A stretch of DNA of 64,000 bases from Candidatus Poribacteria bacterium (GCA_965198235.1 OZ240248.1:4832001-4896000), one strand, 5' to 3'; positions 19,158 to 30,152 are shown, numbered from the stretch's first letter. Numbers and translations: made by a program. Notes: generated by a model from the sequence alone, not told the origin.

Positions 19158-22100
19158 GTGCCAACACTCAACATCAAACCGACACATAAATCCATCAAAA
19201 ACTACTACGCAGAACTTGAAGAGTATGCAAAAATCGGTGCAGCACACGAAGGTGCAGTCCGAATCGCATTCCAAAATCTCCTCCAGCACTATTGCCGACA
19301 GGTAGACCTCATCCTTGTCTGTGAAAAAACACGCTACACAAAAACGAATAGGCGCATCCAACTGGATGGTGAAGTTGTTGACCCCTTCGGCTTGCCACAC
19401 GGACATTGGGAAGCAAAGGATACGCAGGACGATTTGTCCATTGAAGCCCAGAGAAAATCGGAAGCAGGTTACCCATTTAAAAACATCATCATTCAATCGC
19501 CGAACCGTGCTCTTCTCTATCAAAACGGTTACCTTCACCTTGATTATGACCTCACGGATTCAAAAAATCTTATCAATCTACTGAATACCTTCTTTGCGTA
19601 TCAGGAAGAAAATATCGTTGATTGGTATGCTGCGGTGGAAGAATTTAGGGATAAGGTGCCGGTGCTGGGACGTGGTGTCGCAAAGCGTATCCAAACCGAG
19701 ATCCGGGACAATCCAGTGTTTCAGCAAGCCTTCCAGGATTTCCATCAGCAATGCAAAGCATCCATCGACCCGAACCTCACCGAAGCACAAGTTGAGGAGA
19801 TGCTCATCCAACACTTGCTGACTGAACGGATTTTCCGCACTATCTTTGACAATCCCGATTTCACGAATAGGAACATCATCGCCCAAGAAATTGAGAAGGT
19901 GATCCAGATTCTTACCCATCGTTCCCCGAGTCGTTCTGAATTTCTCCGACCTTTGAATCCGTTTTATGTTGCGATTGAGAAAACCGCCGCGACTATCACG
20001 GATTTTTCACAGAAGCAGGATTTTTTGAACACCGTCTACGAGCAGTTCTTTCAAGGCTTTTCGGTTAAAGTTGCCGATACACACGGAATTGTCTATACGC
20101 CGCAGCCGATTGTGGATTTCATGGTGAAAAGCGTCGAGCATATTCTCGCGACCGAATTCGGACGTTCGCTGTCGGATATGGGGGTTCATATCATCGATCC
20201 GTTTGTTGGCACCGGCAATTTCATCGTCCATCTAATGCAAGAGATTCAGGGACGGCGATTACCGCAAAAATACCGCGAGGAGCTCCACTGCAATGAGGTG
20301 ATGCTACTCCCCTATTACATCGCCAGTCTCAACATTGAACACGCCTATTTTGAGAAAACCGGCAATTATGAACCCTTTCCGCATATCTGCTTCGTGGATA
20401 CGTTTGATACGTTCGGTCTGATGGACGCACCTCACCAAACCGGGGAGTTCACCTATTTTACACCTGAGAATACGCTGCGGGTTGAGGAACAACAAGAGAT
20501 TCCGATGTTTGTTGTTATCGGGAATCCACCCTACAACGCGAGGCAAGCAAATGAAAACGATAACAACAAAAATAAGCCACACGAGGCAGTTGACGCTCGG
20601 GTGCGAGCCACGTATGCTGCCGCTTCGAGCGCGCAACTTAAAAATAAACTCTATGATCCGTATGTGAAGGCGATTCGGTGGGCAACAGATAAACTGGGTG
20701 ATGAAGGCATTGTCGTATTCGTGACAAATAACAGTTTTATCGACGCACAGATGTTTGATGGCATGCGGCAACATCTCGTCGATGAGTTTGATACGCTCTA
20801 TATTCTTGATTTGGGTGGTAATATTCGTAAGAGACAACCTGGGGACTCCAATGTGTTCGGCATTCAGGTTGGGGTGAGTATTAATGTCCTCATAAAATCA
20901 AAACAAAATCAAGGGTTGCCAGCGCGCATCTTCTATAACGACGAAACAGTGGATTTGCGTAAAGAACGGACATTTGCGTTTTTGGAGGAAAAGCAGCACG
21001 TTGGCAACTTAGATTGGCAAGAGATTAAACCGGACAAACGGCATACGTGGCTGACAGGAGGGTTTGATATGGACTTTGACACTTTCGTTCCAATGGGGAA
21101 CAAATCGGCAAAGTCCAGCACGGGCGATGGAGAGGGAACGCTTTTTAAAACCTACAGCCTCGGTGTGGTAACGAATCGCGACTCATGGGCTTACAATTTT
21201 AATCCCAATACCCTTACCAAAAATATGTGGGCGATGATGGAAACTTACAATGGACAAGTATCTAAATGGGAACAACGAAGCGATAGAAACATCAACGTCA
21301 ATGATTTTATAGAAATTGATGATACGAAACTCAAGTGGACCCGAAGCCTAAAGTCAAACTTAAGACAGAGCAAATTGGCTAAGTTCTCCGCTGAAAATGT
21401 TCGGACATCTCTTTACCGCCCATTTACGAAATCACACCTCTACTTTGATAGAATGATGAACGAGTGTGTGTATGTGTTTCCCTCCATTTTTCCAATACCA
21501 GAAACGGAAAAGGAGAACCAGGTAATTTGTGTGCCGAGTCCCGGTAGCCGTGCTGATTTTTGGTGCGGTGCAACATCAGTTATCCCAAATTTGATGATAA
21601 CGTCCATGGATCCAAATCAGTGCTTTCCCTTCTACACCTACGATGAAGATGGCACAAACCGCCGCGAGAACATCACCGATTGGATGTTGGTACAGTTCCG
21701 AACGCGCTACCGAGATGACACCATCACAAAGTGGGACATCTTCCACTACACCTACGGGATCCTGCATCATCCGGATTATCGCGAGCGGTATCAGGAAAAC
21801 CTCAAGCGTGATTTGCCGCATATCCCCTTCGCCGAGGATTTTTGGGAATTTGCGAAGGCGGGTGCGCGGTTGGCAGACCTCCACGTCAACTACGAATCAC
21901 AGCCCGAATACGATAAACTCAATTCGGTTGAGACCCCGGGGATGCAAGTGGATTTGTCTGTAGATCGAATGAAATTCTCAAAGGATAAGACACATTTGAA
22001 ATACAACGATTTTCTGACATTAGAGGGCATCCCTCCTGAAGTGTTTGATTATCGGTTAGGCAACCGTTCTGCGTTGGAGTGGGTAGTTGATCAGTATCGC

Positions 22101-22241
22101 GTCAAGGTAGACAAACGGAGCGGCACCGTCAACGATCCGAACCGTGGCGAAGATCCGGAATATATACTTCGTTTGATTGGACAGGTCATTACGGTGAGTT
22201 TGGAGACGGTAGACATTGTTGATGGATTGCCAGCATTGTAG
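19158..22241 (+). CDS. Single-chain restriction-modification enzyme (Type ISP/IIL-like; nuclease + N6-adenine MTase + TRD, no helicase)
   Basis: D..EAK nuclease motif (LDGEVV...HWEAKD); GIVYTP, DPFVGTGNF, GNPPY; C-terminal YRPF ... YRLGNRSALEWV. Confidence 0.88.
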   Translation: MPTLNIKPTHKSIKNYYAELEEYAKIGAAHEGAVRIAFQNLLQHYCRQVDLILVCEKTRYTKTNRRIQLDGEVVDPFGLPHGHWEAKDTQDDLSIEAQRKSEAGYPFKNIIIQSPNRALLYQNGYLHLDYDLTDSKNLINLLNTFFAYQEENIVDWYAAVEEFRDKVPVLGRGVAKRIQTEIRDNPVFQQAFQDFHQQCKASIDPNLTEAQVEEMLIQHLLTERIFRTIFDNPDFTNRNIIAQEIEKVIQILTHRSPSRSEFLRPLNPFYVAIEKTAATITDFSQKQDFLNTVYEQFFQGFSVKVADTHGIVYTPQPIVDFMVKSVEHILATEFGRSLSDMGVHIIDPFVGTGNFIVHLMQEIQGRRLPQKYREELHCNEVMLLPYYIASLNIEHAYFEKTGNYEPFPHICFVDTFDTFGLMDAPHQTGEFTYFTPENTLRVEEQQEIPMFVVIGNPPYNARQANENDNNKNKPHEAVDARVRATYAAASSAQLKNKLYDPYVKAIRWATDKLGDEGIVVFVTNNSFIDAQMFDGMRQHLVDEFDTLYILDLGGNIRKRQPGDSNVFGIQVGVSINVLIKSKQNQGLPARIFYNDETVDLRKERTFAFLEEKQHVGNLDWQEIKPDKRHTWLTGGFDMDFDTFVPMGNKSAKSSTGDGEGTLFKTYSLGVVTNRDSWAYNFNPNTLTKNMWAMMETYNGQVSKWEQRSDRNINVNDFIEIDDTKLKWTRSLKSNLRQSKLAKFSAENVRTSLYRPFTKSHLYFDRMMNECVYVFPSIFPIPETEKENQVICVPSPGSRADFWCGATSVIPNLMITSMDPNQCFPFYTYDEDGTNRRENITDWMLVQFRTRYRDDTITKWDIFHYTYGILHHPDYRERYQENLKRDLPHIPFAEDFWEFAKAGARLADLHVNYESQPEYDKLNSVETPGMQVDLSVDRMKFSKDKTHLKYNDFLTLEGIPPEVFDYRLGNRSALEWVVDQYRVKVDKRSGTVNDPNRGEDPEYILRLIGQVITVSLETVDIVDGLPAL

Positions 22242-22242
22242 T

Positions 22243-22300
22243 AGTAGGCACACGCCGTGTGCCATGTCTGGAATTGCAGGAGGGGTTTCTAACCCTGATT
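22243..22300. repeat. Two REP-like hairpins
   Basis: gtaggcacacgccgtgtgcc and gcaggaggggtttctaaccctgatt. Confidence 0.55.
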
Positions 22301-22374
22301 CTCAGGCGGCGGAACCAAATGCCCTGTTATATCCACACCTGACATTGACACTGATTGAAATATGGAGGTAAGCA

Positions 22375-24878
22375 ATGCTTGAGAAGATTGGAATATGGAT
22401 TTTAACAAAGATGGTTCCAGCGTTTTTAAAAGAGTACTGGGGATGGCTTAAAAAGAAATACCAAGAGTCAAAGAATGCCTCTCATGACTATCCTAAGCAC
22501 TACCAGGAACGTCACGGTCAACTTAAAATCTCCTGCCTTGAAATGCAAGCACCGATATCACTTGAAAAGGTTTACGTAGCTGTCCACCTCTTAGATCAGG
22601 AAAATGCAATCCAATATGGATCTCTTGAAAATATTGAAAGGGAATTTCGAGAACGGACTAACACAGATTCTGAGTCAAGTTCTGATGAACGGCAATATGG
22701 GATGATAGTTGCCAATGATGAACAGTATTTGATGGTACTCGGCGGCCCTGGGGTCGGAAAATCAACCTTTCTCCGCAAGGTTGGGCTTGAAGCACTGAAA
22801 AGAAAGAATGGAAACTTCCAACACGAGTGCATCCCTGTTTTTCTTGAACTGAAGAGATTCACCGAGAATTCGATTGATATTGAGGCACTGATTACCCATG
22901 AGTTTAAGGTATGCGGTTATCCGTATCCTGAGCAGATGACGAAGACTACATTGGAATCAGATAAACTTCTCTTACTCCTTGATGGACTTGATGAAGTGCC
23001 AAGGGTAAATGTTGACAATGTTGTTAGTAAAATTGGAGATTTTGTCAATCAGTATGGCCAGAATCGCTTTATTGCTTCATGTCGGAAGGCGGAGAATGTA
23101 GGTGGATTTATACAGTTTACTAATGTGGAAGTAGCAGACTTTGACGATTCGCAGATTAAGAGGTATATCGACAATTGGTTTACCTCAACATCCAATGAAT
23201 CAACGCAGCAACTTGATAGCAAGATAACGACAGCTGATCTGTGTTGGGGGATGTTGAATGCAACGGAGCATCGAACGACCAAAGAGTTGGTGCGGAATCC
23301 ATTATTACTTACACTTCTGTGTGTAGCTTATGATAAATCACAAAACTTTCCGCTCAATCGGGCAGATCTTTATAAACGAGTACTCAACATTTTTCTTGAA
23401 GAGTGGGCAGATGAAAAGCGTGTTCGTCGGGATTCGTTGGTTAGTCAGTACTTGAACGTTTCAGACGAAGAGTATATGCTATCTGAAATTGCGGCAAAGA
23501 ATTTTGAGGCAGACCGTCTGCTTTTCAAGGAGAAGGAACTTGTTGATCAAATCAAGGAATTCAGTGAACTAAATTCCATTCCACTGTCAAATGTTGATGC
23601 CCACAAGGTACTGGAATCTATCACTGTTGAACAGGGGTTTTTCGTTGAGAGATTAAGTGGTGTTTATTCTTTTCTTCACTCGACGTTTCATGAGTATTTG
23701 ACAGCTAATTATTTCGTTAGTACGCAGTCAATTCAGAAGTTAGTAACTGAGCATTTACATGACAAGCGATGGCGAGAAGTCTTTTTATTCGCTGGTGAGC
23801 TAATGCCTGAGGCAGACAGTTTGCTTTTAGAGATGGAAATTGAAACTACGAAAACTATCAACACCGATGGACTCAAAGCATTGTTCCAATGGGCAAAACA
23901 TATCGTAAACCCTTCGGACAACGCGGGCAACAGGGTTGCCAAGCCAACATTTGCGGTGCGTCAGTACTTTGCTCTGTGGGTATCAAATCAAATTTATAAA
24001 TTAGCCAAAAACGTCGTTGACCTATACCGAGATGACAACCTAGATTTTGGTCTCTACCAACACCTTGACTTCTTCTACAACCGGGACCTCCACCGCAGTC
24101 GCAACCAAAATCTATGCAAAGACCTTGACTACTACCGCTATCTCCACCTAACTCTCCACCGAAGTATCCATCTCGACCAAGACCTCAACTTCTTGTGTGG
24201 TAAACCGCCAGTTATCGAAACCGAGCCCTTCACGGAGAGTGCCGCCAAGATCTCTACCAAGGTTATGACAGCTACCAAAGCCTTCACAGAAATCTCCACG
24301 TAAACCTCTACTTAAATCAAATAGCTTATATTGACCGAGCCACTCGCAACGTGTGCAACCATGACTTCTACCGGTTCCTTTACATCTACGTCTATCTCTA
24401 CCAAGATATCGATCTCTATCTCCACCAAGACATTAATCTGGACCTTGATTTTTACCAAGATCTTTACCGATATATGGATACCGATTGCTACTCTCGCCTG
24501 CCCTCTGAATTCTGCGATCAGTTTGAAGAGGAATTAGAAAAACGGATAATCTTTACTGAATATATGGAACAGGCGAAAATTTTCAAAGGAGTGGATTTAC
24601 AGCGGATGGCTCGACGGTTTAACGCACAACGAGAATTCATCAAAGCAGCGAGAGAAGGAAAGTCCGTTGAACTTCCAGAGGAATCTATTCATGACACGTG
24701 GATTTCCGTTTTGGGTATCACTGAAGGTATGCTTGCGGTTTCACCTCAAGAGATACAGAGTTATATTAGATATCTTCGCGCAATGAAACTCATCTTTGAT
24801 TGCAAGAAGGTGGCACGACATGTAACTCCTAGGATATGGCAGGAAATTGAGGATCAATTGCTGGTTACTGATTTTTGA
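22375..24878 (+). pseudogene. NACHT (STAND) NTPase split by a 1-nt frameshift near 24200 (ORFs 22375-24303 and 24351-24878)
   Basis: GGPGVGKST, LLLLDGLDE, NPLLLTLLC, FLHSTFHEYLTA, RWREV; the low-complexity DLDxYxDL tract continues in the -1 frame, which is open from 24204. Confidence 0.8.
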
Positions 24879-25056
24879 TGAAGAGGGTTCGCAGATTAGA
24901 GATTGACGGAGTTTATAGTCTGTGCATGAAACCCAGTTGCATAGAAGTCTATAAACGGTTTCCGCGAGAGAACTCTCCAGACTTTACTATGAAATTCGTT
25001 TGTGATTTTTTCGGGGGTGTGGTATCATTGTATCTCTGAGGAGGAATTCAAAACTC

Positions 25057-25815
25057 GTGGCATCTATTAATGACATCGCAAACGAATTCATTCGGGAAGA
25101 AATCGAAGAATTCCTGGAAGCACCCGATGAGATAGCACGTACTATTGAGATGTTTGCACAAGCAACCCCTGCTATGCAAACCATCGCTGCTGCGCTTATT
25201 GATGGCGACCATCACACCGTTAATGAATTGACGGAAACTGCTCTGGAAGAAGGCACAGAAGCGTTAGAGATTATGGATGACGGACTCATTGCTGGAATGG
25301 GGATCGTTGGGATCAAGTTCCGAGAAAACTTCATCTTTGTGCCAGAAGTCTTAGCGTGTGCCCGTGCAATGAAAGCAGGAATGGCACATGTTGAACCAAT
25401 CCTTTCGGATTCAGGTATTGAGCCGTTCGGTACAGTGATTATGGGAACCGTCAAGGGTGACCTACACGATATTGGTAAGAACTTGTGCATCATGATGTTG
25501 CGGGGGGCAGGTTTTGTGGTACACGATTTGGGTGTTGATACTTCTGAGGATGAGTTCATTGAAGCCGTTGAGGAATATGAAGCACCGATATTGGGGATGT
25601 CGGCACTCCTAACGACGACAATGCCGAACATGGGGAAGACAATTGATGCTTTTATTGACGAGGACTTGCGGGAAGAGGTCAAGATTATGGTAGGGGGTGC
25701 CCCGGTTACGCAAACATTTGCCGATGACATGGGTGCTGATGGATATGGTAAAGATGCACTTGAATGTGTCGCCTTAGCCAAACAGTTCCTTGAGGAGACG
25801 GACGAAGAGTGGTAA
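25057..25815 (+). CDS. Corrinoid (B12-binding) methyltransferase protein
   Basis: Cap domain FVPEVL..ARAMKAG; GDLHDIGKN (DxHxxG); MSALLTTT; VGGAPV. Confidence 0.93.
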   Translation: MASINDIANEFIREEIEEFLEAPDEIARTIEMFAQATPAMQTIAAALIDGDHHTVNELTETALEEGTEALEIMDDGLIAGMGIVGIKFRENFIFVPEVLACARAMKAGMAHVEPILSDSGIEPFGTVIMGTVKGDLHDIGKNLCIMMLRGAGFVVHDLGVDTSEDEFIEAVEEYEAPILGMSALLTTTMPNMGKTIDAFIDEDLREEVKIMVGGAPVTQTFADDMGADGYGKDALECVALAKQFLEETDEEW

Positions 25816-25981
25816 CGCATTTCGCTCCTACAATGCAAAGGAACGTCAATGCTTAAAGTTTCAAAAAATCAAGCCCGTAATGAAATGGAGGGGTGTTTTT
25901 GATAGGGTGTTTCTTCAACTCATGAGAATAGCACGCCAAAGCTCAAACTCACGTCATTTGACCGCAAGGTAAATTAAAAGA

Positions 25982-27877
25982 ATGAAGAAAATAGATAAAG
26001 CCGAATACGAGAAACGACTCAATAAAATTACACAGATTTTTGAAGGTCTGGTTGTTCATGCGGACGAACAAGCGACGTATCGGTGTCCGTACAAAAATCG
26101 CTTTGACCAGTGTACAGCGAAGTTCGGCTGCCGAAATCAGCGAAAGATTGATGAAGGGACCGGACTTTTATGCGTCGGGGACGATAAGTTAGATTATCGC
26201 AGCGCGTGGGAGACTGACGCTCCCGACCAGACAACAGAAACACATAGCATCGGCACCATTACATCCGATGGAAAAACCTATCAACTCACCCCTGGGAAAA
26301 CTATTTTTGACTACGCAGACGATTTAACCGTCCAAGTACCCACCTCCTGTTTCCGAACCGGGCAGTGTCACGAATGTATCGTTGAGATTAAGCGTGGTAT
26401 GGACAGCCTCCGACCTCCAAATGAATCAGAAGCCTTCCTACATGATAACTACCGTCTCGCCTGCCAAGCCGTTGTTCTTGATATTGACGAGGACATCGAG
26501 TTCGCGCCACTTCGACGCTCACCAAGGATCTTGACGCATGCTATCACGACGGATAGTGGTAGGTCGGAATTAGATCCACGAGTTACGCATCGCGATGGAG
26601 TTGTCTATTACAATAATGAGCCTATTGACCGTTACCGAGGACACCTCTATGGACTCGCCTTGGATATCGGAACAACGACAGTGGTGGCGAATCTGGTTGA
26701 TTTAGAGAACGGGAAAACGGTTTCTGTCAGTTCCTTTGAAAACCCGCAGCGTTTTGGTGGGAGCGATATCATGAATCGCATCTCCTACGATGGTGAATTT
26801 CAGGGGGAGCTGCGCCGTTCGTTGATTGCCGCACTCAATAGTGAAATTATGGAGATGTGTGAACGCCACAACTTCGTCCGCCAAGAGATTTATGAAGTCG
26901 TCGTTGCTGGTAACACAACAATGCGCGATATTTTCTTCAAGCATGATGTTCAGAGTATTGGACAGAAGCCGTATAAATCTCTGATTGAGCATGAGTATCG
27001 GGAGGGGATCCGTTCAACCACTTCTCTTATTGAAAAGACGCGTCGCTTAGGTATCCGTGCGAATCCGAAGGCAATGGTCTACAGCTTGCCGTTGATTGCC
27101 AGCCATGTTGGGGCAGATGTTGCCGCAGATTTAGTCTCAATTGATATACCTTCGCAAGATGAGATCATCATGTTGGTTGATGTCGGGACGAACACAGAGG
27201 TGGTCGTCGGAAATGCGGAGCGGATGGTCGCTGCGTCATGTCCGGCTGGTCCCGCGTTTGAAGGGGGCGGCATTGAATACGGAATGCCCGCTTACCCAGG
27301 TGCTATTGAGTCTGTGAAGTGGAACGATGGTCAGTTCAATTGTGAGACGATTGATAATGAAACACCACAAGGGTTCTGCGGTTCTGGGTTGATTTCGCTC
27401 CTCGCTGAGCTGCGTCGGAACAATCAGATGAGTCCGAAAGGCGTTTTTGCAGATAGAAAACAACGCGTTATGTCCCTTTTGCCGGAACACGGTCTCACCT
27501 TCTCCCGTGAGGATGCAAGCAATTTGGCACAAGCAAAGGCGGCAAATTACTGTGGGCAGTATATTGTCCTGCGGCACTTCGGCTGCGTTCCAAAAGACAT
27601 TACGAAACTCTTTTTGGCAGGTGGTTTTGCCAATTATGTTAACCTACAGGATGCTATTGAAATCGGATTTCTCGCGCCCGTACCGGAAGCGAATGTCATC
27701 AAAGTCGGTAACGCCGCAGTGGCAGGTGCGACAGCAGTCTTACTTTCTGACAAAAAGCGCGCTGATATTGAAGCGTTTGTCAACAATATTGAGCATATTG
27801 AATTGGAGACGACACCCGATTTCTTTGACGTGTTCGTGGAGGGTTGTCAGTTCAAGCCGATGCCAGTAACGTTGTAA
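25982..27877 (+). CDS. ATP-dependent corrinoid reductive activase (RACo/RamA, ASKHA + 2Fe-2S)
   Basis: SCFRTGQCHEC..RLAC ferredoxin; DIGTTT, NPQ..GSD..RI, DVGTNTE, AGPAFEG, CGSG, AGGF, GNAA. Confidence 0.9.
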   Translation: MKKIDKAEYEKRLNKITQIFEGLVVHADEQATYRCPYKNRFDQCTAKFGCRNQRKIDEGTGLLCVGDDKLDYRSAWETDAPDQTTETHSIGTITSDGKTYQLTPGKTIFDYADDLTVQVPTSCFRTGQCHECIVEIKRGMDSLRPPNESEAFLHDNYRLACQAVVLDIDEDIEFAPLRRSPRILTHAITTDSGRSELDPRVTHRDGVVYYNNEPIDRYRGHLYGLALDIGTTTVVANLVDLENGKTVSVSSFENPQRFGGSDIMNRISYDGEFQGELRRSLIAALNSEIMEMCERHNFVRQEIYEVVVAGNTTMRDIFFKHDVQSIGQKPYKSLIEHEYREGIRSTTSLIEKTRRLGIRANPKAMVYSLPLIASHVGADVAADLVSIDIPSQDEIIMLVDVGTNTEVVVGNAERMVAASCPAGPAFEGGGIEYGMPAYPGAIESVKWNDGQFNCETIDNETPQGFCGSGLISLLAELRRNNQMSPKGVFADRKQRVMSLLPEHGLTFSREDASNLAQAKAANYCGQYIVLRHFGCVPKDITKLFLAGGFANYVNLQDAIEIGFLAPVPEANVIKVGNAAVAGATAVLLSDKKRADIEAFVNNIEHIELETTPDFFDVFVEGCQFKPMPVTL

Positions 27878-27960
27878 AGAAGGCAAAAGTCTGAACTATG
27901 ATTTACAGGCTTCTTCGATCTTTATAGGATTATAGGTTTTCAGGATAATCCTAAGCGCAT

Positions 27961-28090
27961 AGCCCATAATGAAATTAGGTTTCCTTAAATGGCATAATTT
28001 GTCTTTGCTTTACATTTGGAGGGCGGATATACGGAGAGGAACGTGAAACCATTAGTACACCTCACCGAACCGCAAGGTAAAATTAAGAAC
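27961..28090 (+). repeat. Composite repeat: family B host with 42-nt cassette, followed by family C
   Basis: taatgaaa[ttaggtttccttaaatggcataatttgtctttgctttacatt]tggaggg then ...ctcaccgaaccgcaaggtaaaattaag. Confidence 0.8.
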
Positions 28091-29119
28091 TTTCAAGAAC
28101 GTTTGAAGTCTGATGAACCGATTTTGTACGATGGTGGGTTCGGTTCGCAGTTATTCGAGCGTGGTATAGAACTCGCTAACAGTGCACTCGCCAACGACCT
28201 ACATCCCACCGCTGTTATTGACATTCATTCGGATTATATCAAGGCAGGTGCTGAGGTGATTGGGACAAACACGTTCGTGGCATCCCCGCTTCACTTGGAG
28301 ATGGCGGGTCAAGACATATCCGATGCCAAACGGCTCACACGACTCGCTGTTCAACACGCAAAAACCGCTGTGGCGCAGAGCGGAAGGGATGTCTATATTG
28401 CCGGCTCTGTAGGACCCTCTCCCGGCGCAATTGAAGCCGATAGTGGGGATACCACTTTCGGCATTCCAAATGCGGACGCGAGAGAGGCGCATAAATTAGT
28501 TATCCACACCCTCGTAGAGGAAGGCGTGGATTTTCTCTGCCTTGAGACGATGTTTTCTGCGAAAGAGGCAGCACTCGCTGTAGATGTCGCGCGTGAGACA
28601 GGAATCCCTATTGCTGTAAACATGACTTATAAATGGACAAAGGAACGGCGGACCGGTAACATTATCTATCGAACCGACTGGGGGAATTCTCCAGCAGATC
28701 TGATCGATATTCTCATGAGCAACGAATTTTCGGGAGGAGATCGCAAGCCTATAGAGGCTTGCGGGACAATGTTGGAGTCTGTTAGTATCATCGGCGTGAA
28801 CTGCGGTGCCGAATCCAGACGCGATGAACATACTGGGATGCCTTATGCGATTGCTGGAACTCAGCAGTTGCACACGGCACTCACTGAAACAGGAATTGAT
28901 GGTAAACGGATGATGGCGTATCCTAACGCTGGTATGCCGAAGCTTGATGCGAACCATAAAACCGTCTATACGCAGACTCCAACAGAGATGGCAAGTCATG
29001 TTCCCGCACTCATCGAAGCAGGGGCTTACTTAATAGGTGGCTGTTGTGGGACAACACCGACACATATTAAAGCCTTTCGTGAGGCAATCGCGTCGCATCG
29101 CTCAGCATTGGTGTCTTAA
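28043..29119 (+). CDS. Homocysteine S-methyltransferase domain protein (stand-alone MetH N-domain/Bmt-like)
   Basis: LYDGGFGS, AGAEVIGTNTF, ETM, GVNC, YPNAG, GGCCGTTP Zn ligands; start uncertain. Confidence 0.9.
   Translation: MKPLVHLTEPQGKIKNFQERLKSDEPILYDGGFGSQLFERGIELANSALANDLHPTAVIDIHSDYIKAGAEVIGTNTFVASPLHLEMAGQDISDAKRLTRLAVQHAKTAVAQSGRDVYIAGSVGPSPGAIEADSGDTTFGIPNADAREAHKLVIHTLVEEGVDFLCLETMFSAKEAALAVDVARETGIPIAVNMTYKWTKERRTGNIIYRTDWGNSPADLIDILMSNEFSGGDRKPIEACGTMLESVSIIGVNCGAESRRDEHTGMPYAIAGTQQLHTALTETGIDGKRMMAYPNAGMPKLDANHKTVYTQTPTEMASHVPALIEAGAYLIGGCCGTTPTHIKAFREAIASHRSALVS
28742..28770. repeat. 29-bp hairpin repeat inside the CDS, identical to 33221-33249
   Basis: cgcaagcct-atag-aggcttgcg-ggacaat at both sites. 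Confidence 0.85.
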
Positions 29120-29148
29120 TATAGAACAGACAAATTTAGGAGATTTAC

Positions 29149-30132
29149 ATGGGAACTAAAGATCCTCACCTTGAGACAGTTGACTCGACGACGGATATGT
29201 TCAATGAACCACGTCAGATTACGGTTTCAGATACATATCACACTGATGTAGATGTTGTCCTCTTTAATGGAGATTGTAGCGAGTTACTAAAGAATATACC
29301 ATCAAATTCGGTAGATTTGGTGATTACATCTCCACCATACAACATAGGCAAAAAATACGAGAAAAAAACAACTTTACAATCATATCTAAAAAGCCAGGAG
29401 CCTGTAATTGCAGAAATATATCGGGTGCTTGCCGCTACCGGAAGTCTCTGCTGGCAAGTCGGAAATTATGTCCAGAAGGGTGAAGTATTCCCGCTTGATA
29501 TTTACTTCTATGAAATTTTCAAACGCTTTGGCTTGAAATTACGGAATCGGATTATCTGGAGGTTTAATCACGGTTTGCACTGTACAAAGCGGTTTTCGGG
29601 TCGCTATGAGGTTATCTTATGGTTTACCAAAAGTGATGAATACGTCTTCAACCTTGATCCAGTGCGAGTTCCGGCGAAATACCCAGGCAAACGACATTTC
29701 AAAGGTCCAAAACGCGGTCAGCTTTCGGGAAACCCGCTTGGAAAGAATCCTTCTGACATTTGGGATATAGCCGCACAGGATTGGGAAAACGAAGTTTGGG
29801 ATATCCCAAACGTAAAAGCAAACCATCCAGAGAAAACCGAACATCCATGTCAGTTTCCTGTTGAATTGGTCCAGCGATGTGTCTTGGCACTCACAGAGCC
29901 CGAAGGAATTGTTTTAGATCCATATTGTGGTGTCGGCTCTACTATTATTGCTGCCTTACAGCATAACCGAAAAGCAGTTGCTGCTGAACAAGATTCAAAG
30001 TATATCTCTATTACCCAGGAGAGAATACAGAAATTCGAACAAGGGACGTTGCCACTCCGTCCGTTAGGAAAACCGATTCACAAACCAACCAAAAAAGACC
30101 GTATTGCGCAGATACCTATGGAATGGAAATAG
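29149..30132 (+). CDS. Type II DNA methyltransferase, beta class (N4-C likely)
   Basis: TSPPY, HPCQFP, LDPYCGVGST. Confidence 0.92.
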   Translation: MGTKDPHLETVDSTTDMFNEPRQITVSDTYHTDVDVVLFNGDCSELLKNIPSNSVDLVITSPPYNIGKKYEKKTTLQSYLKSQEPVIAEIYRVLAATGSLCWQVGNYVQKGEVFPLDIYFYEIFKRFGLKLRNRIIWRFNHGLHCTKRFSGRYEVILWFTKSDEYVFNLDPVRVPAKYPGKRHFKGPKRGQLSGNPLGKNPSDIWDIAAQDWENEVWDIPNVKANHPEKTEHPCQFPVELVQRCVLALTEPEGIVLDPYCGVGSTIIAALQHNRKAVAAEQDSKYISITQERIQKFEQGTLPLRPLGKPIHKPTKKDRIAQIPMEWK

Positions 30133-30152
30133 ATGGTGGAGGTGGAACGATC

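Noticed and set aside
23990-24500. Possible DGR variable region in the NACHT tail (many AAC/TAC/GAC codons)
   Set aside because: No template repeat or reverse transcriptase in the window; the composition fits a low-complexity protein repeat
24928-24953. GAAAC...GTCTATA ECF-like promoter before the corrinoid gene
   Set aside because: Spacer is only 14 nt and there is a single occurrence
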